From Betaproteobacteria bacterium (GTDB lineage: Bacteria > Pseudomonadota > Gammaproteobacteria > Burkholderiales > Usitatibacteraceae): 64,000 bases of DNA. The notes below the pieces were generated by a model. The model was not told where the DNA came from. It saw only the letters and a program-made list of their open reading frames with translations, and made no database searches. The stretch is taken from positions 6,548 through 70,547 of the forward strand of contig JANNSU010000023.1 of the NCBI GenBank assembly GCA_031394355.1. Direction: 5' to 3'. Of this stretch, positions 47,681 through 55,220 are shown in pieces (position 1 is the stretch's first letter; the number at the start of each line of letters is the position of its first letter). The position numbers and the translations under genes are program-made.

Positions 47681-47835
47681 ATGCGGCTGTGGCTTTGTCC
47701 GCTCGAACAGGCGGTCGGTCGCATGGCAGGATTGTCGTAACGGTCTCGTGGCATCATCCTGCCCGAAGCATTTTCGCAACACCCGAACCCCGAACCCCGA
47801 TCCCCTATCTCCTATCCCCCAAAAAGGACCCCACC

Positions 47836-48633
47836 ATGGCCATGGATGTCATTGATTACACCGTGCACGGCGACGACATGCAGTACGTCGATATTGTGCT
47901 CGACCCGAGCGAGGCCGTTGTGGCCGAGGCAGGCGGGCTCATGTACCTGGAAGCTGGTATCGAGATGGACACCATCTTCGGTGACGGCTCGGAGCAGCAA
48001 GGTGGCGGCCTCTTTGGCAAGCTGCTCGGTGCGGGCAAGCGTCTGGTCACCGGCGAGTCGCTCTTCATGACTGTGTACCAGAACAAGTCCAACGAGCGGC
48101 GTTCGCTCGCGTTTGCCGCACCGTACCCCGGCAAGATCGTGCCGCTGGATCTCGCCAAGCTGGGCGGTGAATTCCATGTGCAGAAGGATTCGTTCCTCTG
48201 TGGCGCCAAGGGTGTCGCCATCGGCATCGCGTTCCAGCGCAAGATCGGCACCGGTCTCTTTGGCGGCGAAGGCTTCATCATGCAGAAGCTCACCGGCGAC
48301 GGACTCGCGTTTGCCCATGCCGGCGGCACGCTCATGGAGCGCGAGCTGAAGGCGGGCGAGCAACTGCGCATCGACACCGGCTGTGTGGTCGGCTATCAGC
48401 CCAGCGTCACTTTCGACGTGCAGTACGTCGGCAAACTCAAGACCGCGCTCTTCGGCGGCGAGGGACTCTTCTTCGCCGTGCTCACCGGCCCCGGAAAGAT
48501 CATCCTGCAATCGCTGCCGTTCTCGCGCCTCGCCGGGCGAATATTCGCAGCGGCGCCGCAGGGTGGCGGCAAGGCGCAGGGTGAGGGGTCAGTGCTGGGC
48601 GGGTTGGGGAACATACTCGACGGGGACAACTGA
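47836..48633 (+). CDS. TIGR00266 / AIM24 (DUF124) family protein
   Basis: MAMDVIDYTVHGDDMQYVDIVLDP ... GEGFIMQKLTGDG ... GEGLFFAVLTGPGKIILQSLP. Contains one palindrome copy (RIFA). Confidence 0.75.
   Translation: MAMDVIDYTVHGDDMQYVDIVLDPSEAVVAEAGGLMYLEAGIEMDTIFGDGSEQQGGGLFGKLLGAGKRLVTGESLFMTVYQNKSNERRSLAFAAPYPGKIVPLDLAKLGGEFHVQKDSFLCGAKGVAIGIAFQRKIGTGLFGGEGFIMQKLTGDGLAFAHAGGTLMERELKAGEQLRIDTGCVVGYQPSVTFDVQYVGKLKTALFGGEGLFFAVLTGPGKIILQSLPFSRLAGRIFAAAPQGGGKAQGEGSVLGGLGNILDGDN
48537..48548. repeat. GCGAATATTCGC palindrome, exact, inside a CDS
   Basis: In the TIGR00266 CDS, read as R-I-F-A. Confidence 0.95.
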
Positions 48634-48651
48634 TAGGGAAGCACAAAGCCC

Positions 48652-48734
48652 GTCATACCGGCGAAGGCCAGTATCCAGTCTTGATCGTCGACATGATGCG
48701 GGCTGGCATGGATACCGGCTTTCGCCGGTATGAC
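48652..48734. repeat. Repeat family C, copy 2
   Basis: Arms GTCATACCGGCGAAGGCCAGTATCCAG (48652..48678) and CATGGATACCGGCTTTCGCCGGTATGAC (48707..48734). Confidence 0.85.
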
Positions 48735-48835
48735 GATCTACGCAGCGTGTATCCCGGATGTAGCAAATTGGAATCCGGGCACGACACCACAACTGCGCGG
48801 GTTGCGGCTGGCCCGCGCAAATGGTTGAATGAGTC

Positions 48836-49060
48836 ATGAACAAACGAGTGACTGTCGTGCTGAAGATGGATGCGGACGTTTCAGCGATGCTGCGTCGCGC
48901 ATCCAGTATTACTGGCAAGTCTGCCGATGACCTCGTCGACGAGGCCGTGCGCGCGTGGATTGCCGCTCACCCTGACGAAGCAGGCACTTCAAAGGTTGAG
49001 CGCGCATTTCAGGACAGTCTTGTTCAGTTTGACGAACTCTACCGCCGTCTCGCCAAGTGA
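48836..49060 (+). CDS. Small hypothetical protein (possible ribbon-helix-helix fold)
   Basis: 74 aa. N-terminal KRVTVVLKMDADVSAMLRRAS resembles an RHH strand-helix. Its stop overlaps the GTG start of the next gene (GTGA). Confidence 0.4.
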   Translation: MNKRVTVVLKMDADVSAMLRRASSITGKSADDLVDEAVRAWIAAHPDEAGTSKVERAFQDSLVQFDELYRRLAK

Positions 49061-50103
49061 CTGACGTTGCCGATCCTGTGGCGCAGGATATCCTCGCCGC
49101 CGCCCAACATCTCGCCCAAGGCAACCTGGTGGCCCTGCCCACCGAAACCGTCTACGGCCTCGGTGCGGATGCAGGCAATGAAACGGCCGTTGCAAAGATC
49201 TTCAAGGCCAAGGGCAGGCCGTCGGACCATCCGCTCATCGTGCATGTGGCGCGCGATGCGGATCTCGCCGACTTCACCCGGGATCTGCCCGTCGCTGCGG
49301 AGAAGCTCATCGAGGCCTTCTGGCCCGGCCCGCTCACGCTGATCCTCCGCAAATCCTCGCGTATTCCGGATGTGGTCACTGGCGGGCAGGATTCTGTCGG
49401 CCTGCGCTGTCCCGCCCACCCGCTGGCGCAGGCGCTGCTGTCAGAGTTCGCCCGGATCGGCTCCGGCATTGTCGCCGCACCGTCTGCCAACAAGTTCGGT
49501 CACGTCTCACCCACCACGGCGGAGCATGTGAAGAGCGAATTCGGCGCGGCCGTGGGCAAGAGCATTCTGTTGCTCGATGGCGGGCCGTGCGACGTCGGCA
49601 TCGAGTCGACCATCCTCGATCTGAGCGGCAGTGCGCCAGTATTGCTTCGCCCCGGTGCCATCACGCCAGCGCAGATCGCCGACATCATCGGCGTGAAGCC
49701 CAAGACCCGTGCGCAAGCCGAGAACACTGGCCCCGTGACGCGCGCCTCCGGTGATCTCGCGTCGCACTACGCGCCGCGCACACCGCTGAAGCTGGTGCCG
49801 CCGACACAATTGAAGAAGGAAGTGGATGCGCTCCTGGAAAGCGGCAAGCGCGCTGCCGTGCTGGCGCTCACCACGCAGGCCGATGCCAATGTGTCACCCC
49901 CGGGTGTCGGTGTGCGTGCCGCGCGTCGGCTGGTGTGGATCACTGCGCCGTCGAATGCCGAGGAATACGCGCGCGATCTCTATGCCAATCTGCGTACGCT
50001 CGATGCCGCGGGTGCGGCGATGATTTTTGCGGAGTCACTGCCTGCGGCGAAGGCGTGGGAGGCGGTGCGGGATCGGATCACGCGGGCGGCGGTGAAGGGG
50101 TAG
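49057..50103 (+). CDS. tsaC: L-threonylcarbamoyladenylate synthase, long Sua5-type (YrdC domain plus Sua5 C-terminal domain)
   Basis: PTETVYGLGADA, KGRPSDHPLIVH, FWPGPLTLIL and SANKFG motifs. 348 aa. Confidence 0.85.
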   Translation: MTDVADPVAQDILAAAQHLAQGNLVALPTETVYGLGADAGNETAVAKIFKAKGRPSDHPLIVHVARDADLADFTRDLPVAAEKLIEAFWPGPLTLILRKSSRIPDVVTGGQDSVGLRCPAHPLAQALLSEFARIGSGIVAAPSANKFGHVSPTTAEHVKSEFGAAVGKSILLLDGGPCDVGIESTILDLSGSAPVLLRPGAITPAQIADIIGVKPKTRAQAENTGPVTRASGDLASHYAPRTPLKLVPPTQLKKEVDALLESGKRAAVLALTTQADANVSPPGVGVRAARRLVWITAPSNAEEYARDLYANLRTLDAAGAAMIFAESLPAAKAWEAVRDRITRAAVKG

Positions 50104-50107
50104 ATCT

Positions 50108-50398
50108 ATGTCGTTCATGGCGGCCGCGTTGGGAAGGCTCAAGGCGGCTTCGGTGCCGTTAGCATGTCTTGGCATCGCGGTAGCTTTGGACAGGCTCGTT
50201 GTCTGGCCCGACTTTCCGCGCGGAACAGTATTGGTGGCTTTTGTTTTTCTCTGTGGTGTTGGAGCGGCCGGTGTTTCATTGCTGTGGCCCGCCCGCGCCG
50301 GGATGCCAGCGCCAAGTCGATGGCGCAGATTGGTCTTTTTTGTTGTGACTGCGGCAACCCTGTACTTCGCGATTTTCTGGGCAACGGTGAAACACTAG
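50108..50398 (+). CDS. Small hypothetical membrane protein
   Basis: 96 aa with three hydrophobic segments. Starts 5 nt after the tsaC stop. Confidence 0.4.
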   Translation: MSFMAAALGRLKAASVPLACLGIAVALDRLVVWPDFPRGTVLVAFVFLCGVGAAGVSLLWPARAGMPAPSRWRRLVFFVVTAATLYFAIFWATVKH

Positions 50399-50405
50399 TT
50401 TGCTT

Positions 50406-50417
50406 GCGAATATTCGC
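50406..50417. repeat. GCGAATATTCGC palindrome, exact (core of a 22-bp palindrome)
   Basis: Intergenic 50399..50446. The full palindrome TGCTTGCGAATATTCGCAAGCA spans 50401..50422. Confidence 0.95.
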
Positions 50418-50446
50418 AAGCAGTACCCACTCAAGTCAGAGCTTCC

Positions 50447-50854
50447 ATGTCGCCAACCAAACGTGCGCTTCTCGTTCTCTTTGCGGAGTTCGTGCCATGG
50501 ATTGGCACGGCGCTTGGGTTGGTCCTCGCAGGTGCGATCTGGCATCTCATCGGTGATCGCGAATGGCGCATTCCACTTGTGGCGTCAGTGTGTATCGGCG
50601 TATCGCTGGCTTCGTACTGGTGGGCGTTCAAGTTGGCGCCAGAGTGGATTCGTTCTGCCGAGACAGATGATTACGATACTTCCAACTCGACTTATGAGGC
50701 CATCGTTGTTCAGCAATCTGGGCAGCCCAGGGCAGCGAAGCCTCCGCTCAAATCACCCGCTTCCGAATCTGCGTCACCACAATCTCTGCAACCACCACCA
50801 CGCCCAGAATCGCCAGCAGGCACATCGCCACGCGATTCCACTGGAACAGGTTGA
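50447..50854 (+). CDS. Hypothetical membrane protein (3' end uncertain)
   Basis: The first ~90 aa have three hydrophobic segments. The last ~35 codons overlap the 3' end of phnE on the opposite strand and are low complexity. Confidence 0.35.
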   Translation: MSPTKRALLVLFAEFVPWIGTALGLVLAGAIWHLIGDREWRIPLVASVCIGVSLASYWWAFKLAPEWIRSAETDDYDTSNSTYEAIVVQQSGQPRAAKPPLKSPASESASPQSLQPPPRPESPAGTSPRDSTGTG

Positions 50855-51557
50855 GGGCGGTATCCAGCGCGAGACCGATGCCGCCTGCACCGACCAGGCC
50901 CAGCACGGCAGATTCACGCACGTTGATGTCCCAGCGGAAGAGCACGATGGCGACGAACGACGGCTTCACTTGCGGCCAGTAGCCCTTGAGAATGACGGAC
51001 ATGAGCGGTGCGCCGGTTGCGGTGAGTGCCTCGATGCTGCCCTTGTTGGATTCCTCCAGCGCTTCGCCGAGGAGCTTGCCGGTGAAGCCGATGGAGTGGA
51101 ACGCGATGGCCAGCGTGCCCGCCAATGCGCCGGGGCCGAACACCGCGACGAAGAAGAGTGCCCAGATGAGCGTGTTGACCGAGCGGCAGGCGACGAGGAT
51201 GAATTTGGCCGCGTAGTTGAGCCACGGTACTGGCGTCACGTTGGCGGCCGCCAGAAAGCCGATCGGCACGGCCATGATCACGGCCAGGATGGTGCCCAGT
51301 GTGGCGATGTGCAGCGTGTCGAGCAATGCGGCGTGAATGCCCTCGGGGTAGTGGTCGAACGCGATGGGCCACATGCGCTTCAGCATGTCTGCCATCTGCT
51401 CCGGCGCATCGACGATGAACTCCGGAATGATCTGCACCGTCCGCGCCGAGGCGAAGACTGCGGCCACGATTGCGAAATAGACGATGAAGCGGCCGATGCG
51501 TTGCGCAGGTGTAAAGCGCGTCCACTCACGCTCTGCGATGGCGTCCGGACCCGTCAT
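50748..51557 (-). CDS. phnE: Phosphonate ABC transporter permease PhnE (second copy)
   Basis: 269 aa with about 6 TM segments. PhnE-like N-terminus and EAA-loop region (EALEESNKGSIEALTATGA). ATGA overlap with the upstream permease gene. Confidence 0.85.
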   Translation of the reverse strand: MTGPDAIAEREWTRFTPAQRIGRFIVYFAIVAAVFASARTVQIIPEFIVDAPEQMADMLKRMWPIAFDHYPEGIHAALLDTLHIATLGTILAVIMAVPIGFLAAANVTPVPWLNYAAKFILVACRSVNTLIWALFFVAVFGPGALAGTLAIAFHSIGFTGKLLGEALEESNKGSIEALTATGAPLMSVILKGYWPQVKPSFVAIVLFRWDINVRESAVLGLVGAGGIGLALDTALNLFQWNRVAMCLLAILGVVVVAEIVVTQIRKRVI

Positions 51558-52333
51558 GCGAATATTCGCTTGATACGGACGGTAAGCACCTCGCCGATCA
51601 TGATGAGCGCGATGATGGTGAGGACGATGGTGCAGACGAAGTCGTAGTCGAAGCGCTGGAAGGCCGCGAACAGCGTGCCGCCGATGCCGCCCGCGCCGAC
51701 GATGCCCACCATGGTGGAGTTGCGCACGTTGGCGTCGGTCTCATAGGCGACGAAGCCCATGAAGCGTGAAAATACCTGCGGCAGCACGGCGTAGAGCACG
51801 ACGCTCATGAAGGGTGCGCCGGTGGCTCGCACTGCCTCCACCTGCTTCAGCGAAATCTCCTCGATGGCCTCGGTGAAGAGCTTGCCCACGAAGCCGACTG
51901 AAGCAACCGTGAGCGCCAGAATGCCCGCCAGCGCGCCGAAGCCCACCGCCTTCACGAAGATGATGGCCACGATGACGGGGTGGAAGGAGCGGCACAGCAC
52001 CATGATCATGCGCGATGGCCAGGTGAGCCAGACCGGCATGAGATTGCGCGCGGCCATGAGCGACAGCGGGAGCGAGATGATCACGCCGAACAGCGAGGCC
52101 AGAACGGCGATCTGCAGGCTCTCGGTCATGCCCTTGATGAGCAGCGCCATGCGCTCGGTGTTGGGCGGGAAGAGACGCGAGATGAACTTGGCGCCATGCT
52201 CCAGGCCGATGAGGAACCGCTCGAAGGTGAAATCGAGATGCGACACCGCATAGAACACGTAGGCCGCGAAGATCAGCCAGCCGGCGCGTGCCCACCAATT
52301 GACAGGAAACGCCTGTCGTGCGGCCGCGCTCAT
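51554..52333 (-). CDS. phnE: Phosphonate ABC transporter permease PhnE (first copy)
   Basis: 259 aa with [19 protein letters not shown] loop. The C-terminal residues RIFA are encoded by a palindrome copy. Confidence 0.85.
   Translation of the reverse strand: MSAAARQAFPVNWWARAGWLIFAAYVFYAVSHLDFTFERFLIGLEHGAKFISRLFPPNTERMALLIKGMTESLQIAVLASLFGVIISLPLSLMAARNLMPVWLTWPSRMIMVLCRSFHPVIVAIIFVKAVGFGALAGILALTVASVGFVGKLFTEAIEEISLKQVEAVRATGAPFMSVVLYAVLPQVFSRFMGFVAYETDANVRNSTMVGIVGAGGIGGTLFAAFQRFDYDFVCTIVLTIIALIMIGEVLTVRIKRIFA
51558..51569. repeat. GCGAATATTCGC palindrome, exact, at a gene junction
   Basis: Encodes the last four residues (RIFA) of the first phnE gene, directly abutting the ATGA stop/start overlap with the second phnE. 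Confidence 0.95.
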
Positions 52334-53088
52334 TCCATCCAGTCCTCGCCACCGTAAATGGTGGCCAGATGTTCGTCGGTGATGGCATCGGGCGGGCCGT
52401 CGAACACCACGCTGCCGCCAGCCATGCCGACGATGCGCTGGGCGAACCGCTTGGCGAGGCCAACGTTGTGGATGTTGACGATGACGGGAAAGCCGTGCCG
52501 GTCGGACAGATCACGCATGAGACTCATGATCTCCACCGATGTCTTGGGGTCCAGCGACGAGGTCGGCTCGTCAGCCAGCAAGAGTTTGGGCTGTTGCATC
52601 ATGGCGCGGGATATGCCGACGCGTTGACGCTGGCCGCCGGACAGCGCGTCGGCGCGCTGCTGGGCGAAGCCTGCGAGTCCGACCGTGTCCAGCAGCGAAT
52701 ACGCACGCTCGATGTCCTCGGCCGGAAAGCGGCGCAGCCACGCATCGAACGGCGACATATAGCCCAGGCGGCCGGAGAGCACGTTCTCCATCACCGTGAG
52801 CCGCTCCACGAGGTTGTATTCCTGGAACACCATGCCTATCGAGCGCCGCGCGAGACGCAGCTCGCCGCGGGATAGCTTGGTGAGATCGCGACCCTCCAGC
52901 AGGATTTCGCCGGCGGTGGGCTCAACGAGTCGGTTTATGCAGCGGATCAGCGTGGACTTGCCTGTGCCCGACGGGCCGATCACTGCGGTGATACCCGTGT
53001 TGCCGAAATCGAGATTGATGTCACGCAGCACGGGCTTGCCGGCAACGTAGGACTTGGACAGATGCTTGATGGACAGCGTGGCGGTCAT
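52330..53088 (-). CDS. phnC: Phosphonate ABC transporter ATP-binding protein PhnC
   Basis: Walker [10 protein letters not shown], signature LSGGQRQRV, Walker [13 protein letters not shown]. Confidence 0.9.
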   Translation of the reverse strand: MTATLSIKHLSKSYVAGKPVLRDINLDFGNTGITAVIGPSGTGKSTLIRCINRLVEPTAGEILLEGRDLTKLSRGELRLARRSIGMVFQEYNLVERLTVMENVLSGRLGYMSPFDAWLRRFPAEDIERAYSLLDTVGLAGFAQQRADALSGGQRQRVGISRAMMQQPKLLLADEPTSSLDPKTSVEIMSLMRDLSDRHGFPVIVNIHNVGLAKRFAQRIVGMAGGSVVFDGPPDAITDEHLATIYGGEDWME

Positions 53089-53124
53089 GAGACTTTCACC
53101 GGGAGCGTACAGGGAGCCTGAAAA

Positions 53125-53214
53125 CTACAACAGCGGCATGAACTACAGCGGCGGCATGAACGACAACGGCGGCAGGAACAACAACGGCGGCAGGAACAAC
53201 AACGGCGGTAATAG
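53125..53214. repeat. Five tandem 18-bp units in the phnD-phnC spacer
   Basis: Units: CTACAACAGCGGCATGAA / CTACAGCGGCGGCATGAA / CGACAACGGCGGCAGGAA / CAACAACGGCGGCAGGAA / CAACAACGGCGGTAATAG. Confidence 0.85.
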
Positions 53215-53245
53215 CGTCCCGCCGTCGTCGTGCTACCTGGAATGA

Positions 53246-54283
53246 TTACTTCTTCGCTGCAGCAGCTTTGGCACGGGCCTCGGCCTCGCGCTTGGCTTCC
53301 TTCTCGTAGGCGGCGCTGTTGAACTTGTCGCCGCCAGCTTCTGCCACGTCACGCACCACGGCCCAGTGCTGCTTGTAGTTGATGGGGAAGAAGCGATCGG
53401 CATTGTCGAAGGCTTTCTTCATGTCTTCCGGGAAGCGGTAGTCGTAGAAGCACTTCACCAATCTGTCGCGCAGCGTCGGCTCCAGATCGTGGGCATGGGC
53501 GAACGAGGACGTCGGGAACTTGGTGCTGCGATAGATCACGCGGAAGTCTTCCTCTTTCACCTGGCCGCGGCGGGCCATGCGCTCATACACATCCGAGGCG
53601 ACAGCGGCACCGTCATAGTCGCCGGTGTTCACGCCCAATACTGACTGGTCATGCTTGCCGGAGAAGAGGATGGTGTAGTCCTTGCCCGGTGCCAGACCTT
53701 CCTTGGGGAAGAGCGCCAAAGGGGCCATGTGGCCGGAGTTGGATGACGGCGAGGTGTGGGCGAACTTCTTGCCCTTCAAGTCGGCGAGCTTCTGGTACGG
53801 GCTCGACTTCTTCACGATCACGATGAGGTTGTAACCCTGAAAATCCTTCTCATACCCCTTGATCGCGAAAGGCACTGCGCCAGCAATGTTCACCGCGAAG
53901 GCGGTGGGGCCGGTGGAAAATCCGCCCACGTGCAGGCGGCCAGAGCGCATGGCTTCGATTTCAGCTGCGTTGGACTGCACCTGGAAGAACACCACTTTCT
54001 TGCTCGTGCACTGTGCGAGGTACTCCGTGAAGGGCTTGAAGATGTTCTCGTACACGGCGGGGTCTTCGACGGGGGTGTAGGTGAACACCAGGGTAGACGG
54101 GTTCTTGAGCTTCTTGGCGTCCTTGGGTGTGTCGGCGACCAGGTCGCCGTTTTCATCGCAGTACAGGTTGTCCAGGTCGCCGCGGCTCTTGCAGGCGTCC
54201 TGGGCGAATGCAGTCGTGGCGAAACAGGTAACCAGAAAGCCGGCAAGAAGGGAAACCCGGAGCCGGGCTGTCAGGGATTTCAT
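53246..54283 (-). CDS. phnD: Phosphate/phosphite/phosphonate ABC transporter substrate-binding protein PhnD
   Basis: Signal peptide. PhnD-like core (LVFTYTPVEDP ... TSPSSNSGHMAP ... ). Has an unusual Lys/Ala/Glu-rich C-terminal tail. Confidence 0.8.
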   Translation of the reverse strand: MKSLTARLRVSLLAGFLVTCFATTAFAQDACKSRGDLDNLYCDENGDLVADTPKDAKKLKNPSTLVFTYTPVEDPAVYENIFKPFTEYLAQCTSKKVVFFQVQSNAAEIEAMRSGRLHVGGFSTGPTAFAVNIAGAVPFAIKGYEKDFQGYNLIVIVKKSSPYQKLADLKGKKFAHTSPSSNSGHMAPLALFPKEGLAPGKDYTILFSGKHDQSVLGVNTGDYDGAAVASDVYERMARRGQVKEEDFRVIYRSTKFPTSSFAHAHDLEPTLRDRLVKCFYDYRFPEDMKKAFDNADRFFPINYKQHWAVVRDVAEAGGDKFNSAAYEKEAKREAEARAKAAAAKK

Positions 54284-54353
54284 CGCATTTCTCCTCAGAT
54301 TTTGGAAAAGTCAGTCTCGGGGCCGACTTTGAGTGGCGAGTATTACAGTTTCG

Positions 54354-55154
54354 CTACGACTTTTCCAGTTGCGGTTGCGGCCATGCCCGCTCGGTGAAGC
54401 GCAGTCCGCCATCGGTCTGCATGATCAGCAGTGATGAGGAGCGGGTGCCGTACTCATCACCTTTGATCAACGCCGGGGAGAGTCGACGCTCCCAGTCGAG
54501 GCCCACGCCGGTATCGGGCAACGCCTCATCGGGTGCCGCCGCGTCGTCGGCAAGCAGTGCCCAGAGTGCAGTGTCTTCGGCATTGGCGTCCAGCGCGGCA
54601 GCGAGGCGATCCTTGGCGCGCACGACCTTCGGCCAGGGCTCGTCGAGCAGGCCATTGGATAGACCGTGCACACCCGGTGCAACCGCATGCGGATCGCTGC
54701 CGCGATTGGACAGCCACCAGAGCGCCTCGCGATCACCAACCAGCAGGTTGAAACCGCTGTAGTCGTGCATGCGCCGGGCCAAAGCTTGCGAATATTCGCG
54801 AGGCGTCGCAATGCCTTCAAGAAAGTCTTGCACCAGGCGGCCGCGCGACGGCGCGCCCGGCTTCACGCTGCTCGGATCGCGGAAATTGGTGAGCGCGGCG
54901 AATCGGCCGCTGGCGGTGACGCCCATCCATGTGCCGCCGTCCTTCAGGTCGCGGCCGGCGAGGATGCCGCTTTCCTCCGACGCATTCGGAGATTGGCGAT
55001 GGATGTCATCTGTGAATGCATCATCGCAGCGCGCCGGTTCGCTGTTCCACCAATGCAATCTGGCGGTCGGGCGTTCGCGCCATTCGTCGCGATTGGCAGC
55101 GACGATCAGCGGATAGTCGGCGTGATGTTGCCAGGCGAAGACAATGAGACACAT
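54354..55154 (-). CDS. NRDE family protein (DUF833 / TANGO2-like)
   Basis: MCLIVFAW ... LIVAANRDE N-terminal signature. Contains one palindrome copy (EYS). Confidence 0.8.
   Translation of the reverse strand: MCLIVFAWQHHADYPLIVAANRDEWRERPTARLHWWNSEPARCDDAFTDDIHRQSPNASEESGILAGRDLKDGGTWMGVTASGRFAALTNFRDPSSVKPGAPSRGRLVQDFLEGIATPREYSQALARRMHDYSGFNLLVGDREALWWLSNRGSDPHAVAPGVHGLSNGLLDEPWPKVVRAKDRLAAALDANAEDTALWALLADDAAAPDEALPDTGVGLDWERRLSPALIKGDEYGTRSSSLLIMQTDGGLRFTERAWPQPQLEKS
54788..54799. repeat. GCGAATATTCGC palindrome, exact, inside a CDS
   Basis: In the NRDE-family CDS, read as (R)-E-Y-S-(Q). Confidence 0.95.
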
Positions 55155-55220
55155 CGGCAGATATTAGCGCCGAGTTTGGCCCCTTGTCAGCGCGATGGCG
55201 CAACGGCGCGCAACCAGCCG

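Noticed and set aside
47781-47820. C-rich micro-repeats (CCCGAAC x2, CCTATC x2) upstream of the TIGR00266 gene.
   Set aside because: They are very short and degenerate, with no symmetry or second locus. Probably chance low complexity.
53125-53214. The tandem repeat as a CRISPR array.
   Set aside because: The units are contiguous with no spacers, are only 18 bp long, and there are no cas genes in the window.
53054-53245. ORF encoding MNYSGGMNDNGGRNNNGGRNNNGG as a Gly/Asn-rich peptide.
   Set aside because: It is generated purely by the 18-bp tandem repeat. It lies antisense to the phn operon and has no RBS or signal features.
54284-54353. A Pho box upstream of phnD, and similarly upstream of phoD near 37690.
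   Set aside because: Only single half-sites resembling CTGTCAT are present (CTGTAAT, TTGTCAT). The second direct repeat at the required 11-bp spacing is absent.
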